Positions 28,061 through 38,482 are shown, counted from the first letter of the stretch. The stretch is 56,396 nucleotides of DNA from an uncultured archaeon (GCA_938045545.1 CALIBN010000028.1:1-56396); one strand, 5' to 3'. The notes: generated from the letters alone by a model not told the origin. A program made the numbers and translations.

Positions 28061-29200
28061 TTGAAAGAGACAAGTTCACGTGAGAGATTTAAAGAAACTT
28101 TTACTTTCGGTAAACCTGACAGGGTCTTTTTCATGCCACATTGGTTTTGGAGCTCCACCATTAACCGTTGGTATTCAGAGGGCCTTCCGAGAGACACGTA
28201 CGTTGACGAGTTCTTCGGATTCGACCGTTACGAGTTTGTTCCTGTTAATCTTGGTTTTCTACCGGCATTCGAATACGAGGTTTATTTTGAGAATGAGGAA
28301 TACAAGATCTATAGGAGATACGATGGGTGTAAGGTTAAAGAGTTTAAGCGATACTCAGAAGCAAGCATGCCTCAGTGGCTCGAATACCCGATTAAAACTA
28401 GGCTTGACTGGGAAAGGGAAGTAATGCCAAGGCTTAACCCAAAGTCTCCAGCAAGATACCCTCTCTGGTGGGACGACTATGTACGATGGGTTAGACACAG
28501 GGATTATCCGCTCGGAATATCCGCGGGAAGCTATTATGGGTGGATAAGGAACTGGATGGGTATTGAAAGGCTTTCAAGGCTCATATACGAGGACCCGGAG
28601 CTGATTAAGGAGATTGCAGACTATATAGCGGATTTCGTAATAGAAACGATAAGAAGAGCTGTTGAAGAAATAGATCTGGATTTCGCAACAATTTGGGAAG
28701 ACATGGCTATGAAGACAGGCCCCCTGATATCCCCGAGAAAGTTTAAAGAGCTCATGGTGCCAGCCTGCAAAAAAGTATGCGGCTTCCTACATTCAAACGG
28801 CGTTAAAATAATACTGTTAGATTCTGATGGCTGCATAGATCAGCTTATACCCATCTGGCTTGACGCAGGCGTGACGGGTGTTTACCCGTTAGAGGTTGCT
28901 GCAGGAGAGAACGTTGTTGCTCTAAGGAAGAAGTACGGAAGAAGGCTTGCAATGTTTGGAGGGGTGGATAAGAGGGTTCTGGCTAGAAGTCGTGATGAAA
29001 TAGAAAGACACTTATTCCAAGATGTAAAGCTACCGTGGATGCTGATACAGGGAGGATATGCGCCGATGATAGATCATTCTGTACCCCCGGATGTAAGCCT
29101 AGAAAACTTTATGCATTACTGGAGCATCGTAAGGGATGTTGCGGAGGATCCTTTTAAGCATCTAGACAAATGTGGAGAGGTTGAGGGACATGGACGCTAG
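28061..29200 (+). CDS. URO-D fold protein (uroporphyrinogen decarboxylase/methyltransferase-like family)
   Basis: Motifs TSSRERF, RNWMGIE, IWEDMAMKTGPLISP, LLDSDG, YPLEVAAG, FGGVDKR and IDHSVPPDVS. TTG start with TTTTTATA ~25 nt upstream. Confidence 0.85.
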   Translation: MKETSSRERFKETFTFGKPDRVFFMPHWFWSSTINRWYSEGLPRDTYVDEFFGFDRYEFVPVNLGFLPAFEYEVYFENEEYKIYRRYDGCKVKEFKRYSEASMPQWLEYPIKTRLDWEREVMPRLNPKSPARYPLWWDDYVRWVRHRDYPLGISAGSYYGWIRNWMGIERLSRLIYEDPELIKEIADYIADFVIETIRRAVEEIDLDFATIWEDMAMKTGPLISPRKFKELMVPACKKVCGFLHSNGVKIILLDSDGCIDQLIPIWLDAGVTGVYPLEVAAGENVVALRKKYGRRLAMFGGVDKRVLARSRDEIERHLFQDVKLPWMLIQGGYAPMIDHSVPPDVSLENFMHYWSIVRDVAEDPFKHLDKCGEVEGHGR

Positions 29201-30257
29201 AGAAAAATTCGTTCGAGCATTAAGATTCGAAAGACCGAGTGAAATACCTTTTCCAAACATGTTCTACAAGTTTCACCCTGAAACTTTAAGGAGATGGCAG
29301 AGAGAAGGGTTGCCCAAGGACGTGCACTTAATCGAGTATCTGGGTTTAGAAAGGTGTGAACTGATTCCGGTTAACGTAGGACCATTACCAAACTATGAGG
29401 CAGTTGGTCTTGAAGAGATAGAGGAGTGGAGGCTCGGAGTTGACAGGTCGTTCTTAACCACTTTAGAAAGCAAGATTAGAAGCGTTGAGGAAGAGTTTCC
29501 CATAAGGAACGCTGTGGACTTCGAAAGCTTCAAAAAGATTTTGAACCCATATTCTCCGGCTAGGTATCCGAGGTTTTGGGATGATTACGTACGCAGGGTT
29601 AAAGAGAGAAACTACCCGCTTGGGGTTTCACTAGGAAGCCCTTTAAGCTGGCTTGTCGAATGGATTGGTTTAAAAGGTATCGCCTCCAGCTTAAAAACGG
29701 ACCCATCCTGGATAATTAGCGTTGCCCAGGACTTAACCAATTTCGTCATATCCACGGTTAAAAGAGCTTTGCACGACTTGCCGCTTGATTTCGCGATCTT
29801 CCTTGAGCCAAGAGCATATAGGCTTACGTGCATAGCGGAAACGAACTGGATAACAGAAATATGTAAGAAGATATATGCTCCTGTAGTAAGCTGGGTTAAG
29901 AACATGGGCATTGATTTAGTGGGGGTTGAATCTCAGGGACACGTGTATGAATTAACCGAAACTTGGGCGAGGGTTGGCATCAACTTCATATCCATTGAGG
30001 TAAGCAACGGAGGGGATATTGAATGGATTAGGAAGACTTTAGATAGCAGAGTTGCCGTCATAGGAAATATCGACCATAGGGTACTGGCATGGAGTAAAAG
30101 GGACATAATGGATGAAGTTTCGAGGAAAATGAAGTTCTTCGAACAAGGCGGATACATTCCGGCTCCGGACAGGGTCATACTGGCAGACGTATCTTGGGAG
30201 AATTTCAAGTACTTCATTAAAATTTTGAAAGATTATAAGCGAATAAGCACGATATGA
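29190..30257 (+). CDS. Divergent URO-D fold paralog lacking the conserved active-site motifs
   Basis: Shares LNPYSPARYPxxWDDYVRxV...YPLG with the upstream gene, but has FLEPRA, VESQG and APDRVI in place of WEDMA, DSDG and IDHSV. Overlaps the upstream stop. Confidence 0.75.
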   Translation: MDAREKFVRALRFERPSEIPFPNMFYKFHPETLRRWQREGLPKDVHLIEYLGLERCELIPVNVGPLPNYEAVGLEEIEEWRLGVDRSFLTTLESKIRSVEEEFPIRNAVDFESFKKILNPYSPARYPRFWDDYVRRVKERNYPLGVSLGSPLSWLVEWIGLKGIASSLKTDPSWIISVAQDLTNFVISTVKRALHDLPLDFAIFLEPRAYRLTCIAETNWITEICKKIYAPVVSWVKNMGIDLVGVESQGHVYELTETWARVGINFISIEVSNGGDIEWIRKTLDSRVAVIGNIDHRVLAWSKRDIMDEVSRKMKFFEQGGYIPAPDRVILADVSWENFKYFIKILKDYKRISTI

Positions 30258-30381
30258 TATGACCCTCTATAGACTTTAAGAATGAATGTTTGGAAACTTA
30301 AAGCAGCCCGTCTAGCTTTTCCAGTTACATTCATTGCAATAGTGAAACTTTTTATAGGTGACGGAAAAACAAAAGTGGAAA

Positions 30382-32835
30382 ATGAGTAGAAAAACGATCC
30401 GGGTATACATGGTTGGGAACTCCCATATAGACCCAATATGGTTGTGGAGCTGGCAGGAAGGCTACCGGGTCGTAAGATCTACCTTCAGAAAAGCTTTAGA
30501 CATGATGAATGAGTTTAACTTTTTCGTATTCACGGCTTCCTCAACACTCTTCTACGAGTGGATTGAAGCCAGCGAACCTGAAATGTTCAGGGAGATAAGG
30601 AGGAGGATTAAGGAGGGGCGTTGGGCAATAGTGGGAGGATGGATAGTGGAGCCGGATTGCAACATACCCAGCGGGGAAAGCTTCGTGCGTCAAGCATTAT
30701 ATGGACAGAGATATTTCAAGAAGAAGTTCGGAACCACCGCCACCACAGGTTACAACGTGGATTCCTTCGGACATAATGGAATGTTGCCCCAGATACTTGT
30801 TAAATGCGGATTAAAGAATTACGTCTTCATGCGCCCAGGGTCCTTTGAAAACAAAGATATTCCAGAGACCGCCTTCTGGTGGGAGGGTTACGATGGGTCA
30901 AGAGTGCTTTGCTACAGGATTCCCCTAGCCTACTGTACAGGTGGAGAGGATATTACGGATCATATTGACAAAACGATTAGCACAGTTAAGCCTCCCTCCA
31001 GGGAGGCGATGTGCCTCTACGGCAGGGGGGACCATGGGGGTGGCCCGACTAGAGAAAATGTGCTGAGCATCCTTAGAAGAAAAGAGAGAGGAGATGTGGA
31101 AATTGTCTTCAGTTCTCCCGACGAGTTTTTTAAAGCGGCAAGGAGAAGACCAGGGCTACCCGTATTTCGTGGCGAAATGCAGCATCATGCGAGAGGCTGC
31201 TACTCCGTTCACTCCGAGGTTAAAAGAAACAACCGTAGGGCTGAAGAACTGCTTTGCACTGCTGAGAAAATTTCCTCCATGGCCTATCTACTACTGGGAG
31301 AGGAGTACCAGCAGGAAGAGCTTACTGAGGCTTGGAAGAGCCTATTATTTACACAATTCCACGACGTGCTGTGCGGAACATCTATACCAGAAGCATATGA
31401 CGACGTGCGGAACATTCATGGCGAAGTCTTAAGCAAAGGGAGCACTGTATTGAACAGGGCTGTACAAGCCATAGCCTCCAAAATAAACACAGAGGGGGAA
31501 GGCGTTCCAATAATAGTTTTTAATCCGCATTCTTGGAACACGGTTTTCCCGGTTGAGGTTGAAGATGTTAATGGGGAAGGAGGTCTCATGGATGAAAAGG
31601 GACGGGCGGTGCCTATGCAGCGTGTAAAATCCTCTGCAAACGTTGGAGACTGGAGGCAAAGAATAGTTTTCGTCGCAGACCTTCCTGCTTTCGGTTACAG
31701 AGTTTATCGCAATACTGGTAAGGACAACGCATCCTCTTCTAATGGAGAGCTTACAGCTTCAGATAACTTTCTGGAGAACGAATGGTTCCGTCTGGAGGTC
31801 GACCCGTCGAACGGCTATATTAAGCGCCTCTACGATAAGAAGAACAGGGTGGAAGTATTCAGCGGGGACTCATGTGTTCCAGTCGTCGTTGAGGATCTGA
31901 GTGATACTTGGAGCCACGGAGTCGACGAGTTTAGAAACGATGCGGAAGTGTTCGGAAACGCGAAGGTTAGGCTCATTGAAAAGGGCCCGGTGCGCGCCAC
32001 TATAAGGGTTGAAAGCAGCTATTACAAGTCGTTCATGCGCATGCACGTTTCAATCTATAGGGAGCTGCCCTATATTGAGCTAAGGTTTTCATTAAACTGG
32101 AACGAGCAGCATAAAATGCTTAAACTGAGTTTTAAAGTTAACGTTGACCAGCCAATACTGACTTCTTCAATTCCTTACGGATGGGTTTCACGCCCCTGTA
32201 ACGGAGAGGAGGAGCCGATGCAGAAATGGGTAGACATGACTGGCGTTACAGTAAGTGTTGATGGGGAGAACAGAAAGTATGGGCTTAGCATATGCAACGA
32301 CTGTAAGTATAGCTATGATGCTAAGGGCTCGGAAATACGGATAACGGTTCTGAGAAGCCCGCCCTATGCCCATCATCAGCCTTACAAGCTGGACCCAGCC
32401 CAGACCTACTTTTATATTGATCAAGGGTGGCAGGACTTCAGTCTAATGCTTTTACCTCATGCCGGTTCCTGGAAATCAGCGGATACCGTAAAGCGTGCAG
32501 AAGAGTTTAACTCTAAACCAATAGTTTTCGTCGACTACCCTCATAGGGGTGTGCTGCCGCCATCCTGCTCCTTGATTCGAATTGAACAGGATAATGTGAT
32601 AGCTAGCATTTTTAAAAAACATGAGGACTCGGAAAACCTTGTGATGCGTTGCTACGAGACGGATGGGGAGGAGGCTGAGGCCAATATCAGCCTGCCGACG
32701 ATTAACAAGAGGGTTAAAGCTAAGTTTAAGCCTTTCGAAATAAAGACGCTCCTGATTCCGAAGGCTAGAGGAATGGTTAAGGAGTTAGACATGCTGGAGC
32801 TCCCACGAAGAAAACAGCGATCCGGCTCGCACTGA
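30382..32835 (+). CDS. Glycoside hydrolase family 38 alpha-mannosidase
   Basis: Motifs GNSHIDPIWLW, GGWIVEPDCN, NVDSFGH (nucleophile), GRGDHGGGP and QFHDVLCG. Start at ATG 30382 from TATA spacing; GTG 30358 is the alternative. Confidence 0.92.
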   Translation: MSRKTIRVYMVGNSHIDPIWLWSWQEGYRVVRSTFRKALDMMNEFNFFVFTASSTLFYEWIEASEPEMFREIRRRIKEGRWAIVGGWIVEPDCNIPSGESFVRQALYGQRYFKKKFGTTATTGYNVDSFGHNGMLPQILVKCGLKNYVFMRPGSFENKDIPETAFWWEGYDGSRVLCYRIPLAYCTGGEDITDHIDKTISTVKPPSREAMCLYGRGDHGGGPTRENVLSILRRKERGDVEIVFSSPDEFFKAARRRPGLPVFRGEMQHHARGCYSVHSEVKRNNRRAEELLCTAEKISSMAYLLLGEEYQQEELTEAWKSLLFTQFHDVLCGTSIPEAYDDVRNIHGEVLSKGSTVLNRAVQAIASKINTEGEGVPIIVFNPHSWNTVFPVEVEDVNGEGGLMDEKGRAVPMQRVKSSANVGDWRQRIVFVADLPAFGYRVYRNTGKDNASSSNGELTASDNFLENEWFRLEVDPSNGYIKRLYDKKNRVEVFSGDSCVPVVVEDLSDTWSHGVDEFRNDAEVFGNAKVRLIEKGPVRATIRVESSYYKSFMRMHVSIYRELPYIELRFSLNWNEQHKMLKLSFKVNVDQPILTSSIPYGWVSRPCNGEEEPMQKWVDMTGVTVSVDGENRKYGLSICNDCKYSYDAKGSEIRITVLRSPPYAHHQPYKLDPAQTYFYIDQGWQDFSLMLLPHAGSWKSADTVKRAEEFNSKPIVFVDYPHRGVLPPSCSLIRIEQDNVIASIFKKHEDSENLVMRCYETDGEEAEANISLPTINKRVKAKFKPFEIKTLLIPKARGMVKELDMLELPRRKQRSGSH

Positions 32836-32890
32836 GCTCAGCAATCCTTTGCATACTCTTAAATAGGCTCGATTTTTTTCTTAGGAGAAA

Positions 32891-34057
32891 ATGGGTCCCA
32901 TTGAAATACTGAGCCTAGAAGAGATAAGGAAAAGTAGGCCCAGCAAGTATTTTGGTCTCGAAGGAGACGTGATAAGCCTAGGCCTAGCTGAATCCGATTT
33001 CGAAATGCCTAAAGAAGTCAAGGAAGCGATGATAAACGCGATTATAAATGGAAGGTATCATTATGAGATGAATGGGAATGCAGAGTTTATAGAGGCGGCT
33101 AGGGACAAGCTGCATCGTGTCAACAACGTTCCCGTTGAAGATGAGGAGGTACTTCCGACGGTCGGGGTTATGAACGCGATATGGCTGACCTATAAAGTTC
33201 TTCTAAAGCCTGGCGAACATGTTATCGTCGTCACGCCCACTTACCCAGCTTTGATAGGCAGGCCCAAGAGTTTTCAGGCAGAGGTTACCGAGGTCAAGAC
33301 CCGGAGGGATGGGCACTTGGACATAGAGAGAATTCAGGAAGCAGTAACCAGCAAAACCAAGATGATTACAATCTGTAATCCTAATAATCCTTCGGGAACA
33401 GTTTACACTAGAGACGAGCTGGAGCGTTTAGCGGAAATAGCTGTAAAGCATGATCTCTACGTTTTCTCAGACGAGCTTTACGAAAACCTTACCTACGACG
33501 GTAGAAAACACGTTAGCATCGCTTCACTGCCAGACATGTACGAACGGACGGTCACAGCCTTCGGATTCACGAAAACATACGGCATGTCTGGGCTGCGCAT
33601 AGGCTATGTTGTGGCTGAGAAAAAAATAATTAGGCTTATGAGGGATGAGAATACAGGCATAGTTATTCATCCCGGAACAGTAGAACAAATAGGTGCAGCA
33701 GCAGCCCTCAGAAAATGCGACTACTACATTAATTTTCTTAGAAATTATTTAGAGGGTGTTAGAAACAGGCTCATAGCTGAGCTGAACGAAATCCCTGGAA
33801 TAGTTGCCCAACCACCAGAGGGCTCGTTCTTCGCTTTCCCAGACTTAAGCCTCTTGTTTGAAAAAGACGAGGATGCCGTAAAACATCTTTTGAAAGAGGC
33901 GAAAGTAATGGTTTACGGGGGGAGTGGATTTGGAGACGGAGGTCAGGGACGTGTGAGAATAAACTTCTGCTCACCCTTAGAAATAGTTGAGAAGGCTGCT
34001 GTTAGGATCCGGAATGCGTTGGCAAAGAGATATGCTGAGACGATTGGGAAAAAATGA
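32891..34057 (+). CDS. Class I/II PLP-dependent aminotransferase (aspartate aminotransferase/MalY-like)
   Basis: Motifs CNPNNPSG, FSDELY, GFTKTYGMSGLRIGY and VRINF. TTAAATA lies at 32859-32865. Confidence 0.9.
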   Translation: MGPIEILSLEEIRKSRPSKYFGLEGDVISLGLAESDFEMPKEVKEAMINAIINGRYHYEMNGNAEFIEAARDKLHRVNNVPVEDEEVLPTVGVMNAIWLTYKVLLKPGEHVIVVTPTYPALIGRPKSFQAEVTEVKTRRDGHLDIERIQEAVTSKTKMITICNPNNPSGTVYTRDELERLAEIAVKHDLYVFSDELYENLTYDGRKHVSIASLPDMYERTVTAFGFTKTYGMSGLRIGYVVAEKKIIRLMRDENTGIVIHPGTVEQIGAAAALRKCDYYINFLRNYLEGVRNRLIAELNEIPGIVAQPPEGSFFAFPDLSLLFEKDEDAVKHLLKEAKVMVYGGSGFGDGGQGRVRINFCSPLEIVEKAAVRIRNALAKRYAETIGKK

Positions 34058-34060
34058 GGG

Positions 34061-34438
34061 TTAAGATACGGTGTCTGAGAAGTCGAACTCTATCTTTCCA
34101 TACTCCGTCGTCATAGTGCTGACGACTATTTTATGAACACCCGGCTGTAGGCCTCCAGGTTTTTCAACCATGAATTTAATCCTGTCCCCGACGGTAAAGA
34201 GGGTAGGAGTCTTTGCGAATTCCTCGGCTTTCGCCTTCACTCCACCCTTCTCAACACTTATTTTCTCTATCGGGAGTTCTTCACCGTCCACTATTAGTTT
34301 GAAGCCTCCTTCAATAGTGCCTGAACCCAGCCTGTTTAAGAGGGAAAAGCTGAAGCCAACTGTATTTCCTTTTTCGTCGACAACATTTTTCAACGACCCC
34401 TTCTCATACAGCTGTCTCAACATGAATGCAGGGATCAT
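34061..34438 (-). CDS. Small hypothetical beta-rich protein
   Basis: 125-aa ORF filling the space between convergent and divergent neighbours, with an upstream TATA-like TTTATATT. The MIPAFMLRQLYEKGSLKN...NRLGSG pattern recalls an accessory domain seen fused to some HMG-CoA reductases (from memory, unverified). Confidence 0.6.
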   Translation of the reverse strand: MIPAFMLRQLYEKGSLKNVVDEKGNTVGFSFSLLNRLGSGTIEGGFKLIVDGEELPIEKISVEKGGVKAKAEEFAKTPTLFTVGDRIKFMVEKPGGLQPGVHKIVVSTMTTEYGKIEFDFSDTVS

Positions 34439-34595
34439 CCCATTTAAAGACAGCTCTTTACATCAATATAAAGTTTTCTTTTCTACAGACCACGGGAAGA
34501 CAGGCGGTTCCGAACAAAAGACTTTAAAAGCTTTTCGGCAAATCCAAACCGATCTAAACGTTATTATATAGGTTTAACATTTCCATATCCTTTTC

Positions 34596-35897
34596 ATGAG
34601 AGGGAATAGGGAACCCGGAATATTACGCGGCGCATGGTATGTGACGCTAATTTTCTTCATCTTTGTTGTGCTGCATTATGCTGACAAGTTTCTAGTATCC
34701 CCGCTACTGCCTTTAATAAGAGACGAGTTTAAACTGGGCTATACTGAGCTGGGAGCCGTAGAAACAGGAACCATTCTGGTTGCAGTCGCCTTCATGCCCC
34801 TCTGGGGTTATCTCTTCGACAAGTACGCCAGGCCTCCACTAGTAGCTCTCGCAAGCGCGATCTGGGGATGCACGACAATACTCTCCACTTTTTCAGCGGA
34901 TTACACGCAGCTGATTCTTACGAGATCCATGACGGGGATCGACAACCAAGCCACTAGCGGTTTAATGTCTTTCTTGGGAGACTATTTTCCTCCTGAGAAG
35001 AGAGCCACTGCACTCGGTATACTCCAGGCTGCTGAAACTTTTGGAGCTCTAATCGGCGTCGTCATAGGCCTAGTAATCGGGATCAGCTTCGGGTGGCGCA
35101 ACGCCTTCCTTTTAACCGCAGTCCCAGGCATACTTCTAGCGTTTATAGTTCTTTCTACTGTGAAAGATGTTCCAAGAGGGGGAACCGAGCCGGAGCTGGT
35201 GAACGTTAGGGATAGGCTCAAGGATACTTTTTCTGCAAAATCTCTGAAAAGACTTTTCGAAAGAAAATCCGTCTTATTTCTCTACCTCCAAGGGTTCTTC
35301 GGCGTATTCCCGTGGAACATTCTTTCCTACTGGCTCTTCACCTATATGACTGATGTCAGGGGCTTTGAAGCAGGCTCACAGCTGCTCGTAATGCTGGCTG
35401 CCCTTCTCTCCATGGTTGCCGGAAACTTACTGGCGGGCTTAACGGGAGACTGGGCTTTCAAAAGAAACAAGAGGGGGAGAGTAGTCTTCGCTACTCTAAC
35501 CGTCGTCATAGGACTAGTCTTCTTCAACATGGCCTTCCTGACTAAGGGTGGTGTTGAGCTCTTCCTTATACTGGGCGCTATGACAGCGTTATTCATGCCC
35601 ATGGCTGGACCATGCGTCTCATCCTCTGTTCAAGACGTTGCCCTTCCTGAGGTAAGAGGATCAGCCATGGCCATGCTTCTATTCTTCTATAACGTCGGGT
35701 CGGCTTTTGCACCTTTAATTACGGGCTATGTTGCAGACATAATGGGGCTAGAATGGGGGATAGTTACTATAGTAAACATAACCTGGTCAATATGCATAGC
35801 TCTTCTAAGCATTGCGGCAATCTTCATCTCTGAAGACATCGATTGGAAAAGGAAGGAGCTTGCTAAGAGGGCTGAGACGCTGGTTTCTAAGCAGTAG
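34596..35897 (+). CDS. Major facilitator superfamily transporter
   Basis: About 12 hydrophobic segments; motif A-like WGYLFDKYARP and GDWAFKRNKRGR; DYFPPEKRATALG. Confidence 0.92.
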   Translation: MRGNREPGILRGAWYVTLIFFIFVVLHYADKFLVSPLLPLIRDEFKLGYTELGAVETGTILVAVAFMPLWGYLFDKYARPPLVALASAIWGCTTILSTFSADYTQLILTRSMTGIDNQATSGLMSFLGDYFPPEKRATALGILQAAETFGALIGVVIGLVIGISFGWRNAFLLTAVPGILLAFIVLSTVKDVPRGGTEPELVNVRDRLKDTFSAKSLKRLFERKSVLFLYLQGFFGVFPWNILSYWLFTYMTDVRGFEAGSQLLVMLAALLSMVAGNLLAGLTGDWAFKRNKRGRVVFATLTVVIGLVFFNMAFLTKGGVELFLILGAMTALFMPMAGPCVSSSVQDVALPEVRGSAMAMLLFFYNVGSAFAPLITGYVADIMGLEWGIVTIVNITWSICIALLSIAAIFISEDIDWKRKELAKRAETLVSKQ

Positions 35898-35905
35898 GGT
35901 TTATA

Positions 35906-38482
35906 ATGGTCTCAGGCACTAACTTTCCAGGCTTGACGGGTGGAATAACACGTTCCTTCGAAAGCACCATGCTTTCCGAGATAGCCTTCCCAATTGGAGG
36001 AATAGGCACTGGAACTGTTTCCCTCGGAGGAAGAGGAAACCTTAGAGACTGGGAGATCTTTAACAGGCCAGGTAAGGGAAAGGATTTACCATATACCTTT
36101 TTCTCCATCTGGTTTCGCGAAGAGGGTTCTAAACCGGTTTCAAGAGTGTTAGAATCCAGAATCCTCCCACCATATCGTGGCAGCCACGGAATCCCATGGT
36201 CATACGCTCCTGGTCTACCTAGGCTTGCTAGGGCGAGATTCAGGGGAGAATATCCCTTTGCTCGAATAGATTTCGAAGACAATATTCCGCTTGAAATTTC
36301 CCTGGAGGCCTTCAACCCCCTGATTCCCCTTAACGAGAAGGATTCAGCCCTACCTGTGGCGATTTTCAAATGGAGGGTGAGAAACAGATCCTCTAGGAGA
36401 ATTAGCTTAACCCTGGCTATGAGCCTTATAAACCCGATTGGATACGACGGCACTTCGACCCTTACAAACAGGTTTAGCGATTCGTTTGGACAGAATTTGA
36501 ACGAGCTGGTCAGGGAAAAATGCTTAAACGCTATAAGGATGAGCAGTGGCAAGTATCCTAGAGATGACCCGAAGTTCGGCACGATGGCTCTCGCCACAGA
36601 CTGGAGCGAGATAACCTATACTTTAAGATGGGAGAGGTCGGTCTGGTGGGACGATGTACAGAGCTTCTGGAAAGATTTCTCTGAAGACGGGCGGCTGGCT
36701 GAAGAGCTCTCAGCCGACCCTTCTATGGAGGGGGAGACGGACATAGGAACTCTCGGGCTCTTGGCCACGCTGGATCCTGGAGAGGAGGTTGTTCTTCCAT
36801 TCATACTTTCATGGCATTTCCCAAACCTAGTCAACTATTGGAATAGAGAGGATGAGGTAAGGGGGAAGAGGATTGGAAACTTTTACGCCAAGCTGTTCCA
36901 AGATGCTTTAGATGTCGCCAAGTATGTTGTTAGAGATTTTGAGAGGCTTGAAAGAGAAACTAGGCTTTTCCACAGGACTTTTTTCGAAAGCACTCTTCCA
37001 GACTATGTTCTCGACGCTATATCTAGTCAGGTTTCAACCATAAGGACTCCAACATGCCTATGGGCTGAGGACGGCAGGTTTTACGCGTTTGAAGGATGTA
37101 GTGATAACAGTGGGTGTTGCTGGATGAACTGTGCGCACGTCTGGAACTATGAGCAGACCTTGGCACACCTTTTCCCAAGCCTGGAGAGAACGATGCGCCT
37201 AACGGATTTTCTAAACAATACTGATGAAAACGGTAACATGGCTTTCAGAACACTAGTGCCGCTAGTAGGTGCGAGATGGAGGTTTAAGCCTGCGGCTGAC
37301 GGGCAGATGGGGTGCATAATGAAACTCTACAGGGAGTGGAAGCTCAGCGGCGACGAGGAATTCCTAAGGATGCTTTGGCCAAATGCTAAAAAGGCGTTAG
37401 AATACGCTTGGAAAACATGGGACAAGGATTTTGACGGCCTTATGGAGGGGGAGCAGCATAACACGTACGATATTGAGTTTTATGGGCCTAACCCCATGGT
37501 TAGCTCTCTATATCTTGGAGCATTGAGAGCAGCTGAGGAGATAGCTAAACACCTAGGCGACGCAGAGTCTGCTGAAAAGTATAGGGAAGTTTTTGAAAAA
37601 GGCAGAGAGAATTTCAGCAAGCTGTTGTGGAACGGCGAGTATTTTGTGCAAAGGTTTCAAGGCGACCCCGAAATCAGGTATCAATTTGGAGAGGGCTGTC
37701 TCTCAGACCAGCTTCTCGGCCAATGGTTCAGCCATGTAGTTGGACTCGGATACCTTCTTCCTGAGGAACAGGTTAAATCAGCGCTAATGGCTGTTTTCCG
37801 CTACAATTGGAAGGAAAGCCTCTTAGAACATGAGAACTGTCAAAGGACCTATGCTTTGAACGATGAGAGTGGACTGGTTCTCTGTTCCTGGCCCAAGGGT
37901 GGGAAACCAGACTATCCTTTTCCGTACTGTGATGAAGTTTGGACGGGCATAGAGTACCAGGTGGCAGCCCACTTGATTTACGAGGGTTTTGTTAACGAGG
38001 GGCTTAAAATAGTGAAGGGAGTCAGGAATAGGCATGATGGTGTAAAGAGGAACCCGTGGGACGAGGTTGAATGCGGCCACCATTATGCGAGAGCCATGTC
38101 AAGCTGGTCTCTGCTACTAGCGTTAAGCGGATTCGAGTATAATGCCCCTGAAAAGACGATTGGTTTCGCACCGAAAGTGTCTAAGGACAGCTTCAGATGC
38201 TTCTTCTCAACAGGGGGGTGCTGGGGGAGCTACAGCAGAGAGCTTAGAGAATACGGCCAGAGAAACGTAATAGAGGTCCGCTATGGGAAGCTTGAACTAC
38301 AGAAAGTCGAGTTGGTCGCTAACCGGCAGTCAGATACGCTCTTAGCGGTAAGGCACTCCAGCAGAGGGGAGGTAAAAGCAGTTTTAAAGGTTAACGGAGA
38401 ACACGCGACTATTATACTTGAAGAGCCTGTTTTTCTTAACCCGGGAGATTTCTTGGAAATAGTAATAAGCTCTCGCGAATAA
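35906..38482 (+). CDS. Glycoside hydrolase family 116 (GBA2-like beta-glycosidase)
   Basis: Motifs FPIGGIGTG, GEYPFA, FYAFEG (nucleophile region), AADGQ, EQHNTYD (acid/base) and ECGHHYARAMSSW; begins 8 nt after the MFS stop. Confidence 0.9.
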   Translation: MVSGTNFPGLTGGITRSFESTMLSEIAFPIGGIGTGTVSLGGRGNLRDWEIFNRPGKGKDLPYTFFSIWFREEGSKPVSRVLESRILPPYRGSHGIPWSYAPGLPRLARARFRGEYPFARIDFEDNIPLEISLEAFNPLIPLNEKDSALPVAIFKWRVRNRSSRRISLTLAMSLINPIGYDGTSTLTNRFSDSFGQNLNELVREKCLNAIRMSSGKYPRDDPKFGTMALATDWSEITYTLRWERSVWWDDVQSFWKDFSEDGRLAEELSADPSMEGETDIGTLGLLATLDPGEEVVLPFILSWHFPNLVNYWNREDEVRGKRIGNFYAKLFQDALDVAKYVVRDFERLERETRLFHRTFFESTLPDYVLDAISSQVSTIRTPTCLWAEDGRFYAFEGCSDNSGCCWMNCAHVWNYEQTLAHLFPSLERTMRLTDFLNNTDENGNMAFRTLVPLVGARWRFKPAADGQMGCIMKLYREWKLSGDEEFLRMLWPNAKKALEYAWKTWDKDFDGLMEGEQHNTYDIEFYGPNPMVSSLYLGALRAAEEIAKHLGDAESAEKYREVFEKGRENFSKLLWNGEYFVQRFQGDPEIRYQFGEGCLSDQLLGQWFSHVVGLGYLLPEEQVKSALMAVFRYNWKESLLEHENCQRTYALNDESGLVLCSWPKGGKPDYPFPYCDEVWTGIEYQVAAHLIYEGFVNEGLKIVKGVRNRHDGVKRNPWDEVECGHHYARAMSSWSLLLALSGFEYNAPEKTIGFAPKVSKDSFRCFFSTGGCWGSYSRELREYGQRNVIEVRYGKLELQKVELVANRQSDTLLAVRHSSRGEVKAVLKVNGEHATIILEEPVFLNPGDFLEIVISSRE

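Noticed and set aside
30330-30346. TTCATT-N5-AGTGAA upstream of GH38 as a TrmB-type operator
   Set aside because: It is imperfect, occurs once, and differs from the TATCAC-N5-GTGATA motif; no cognate regulator is in the window.
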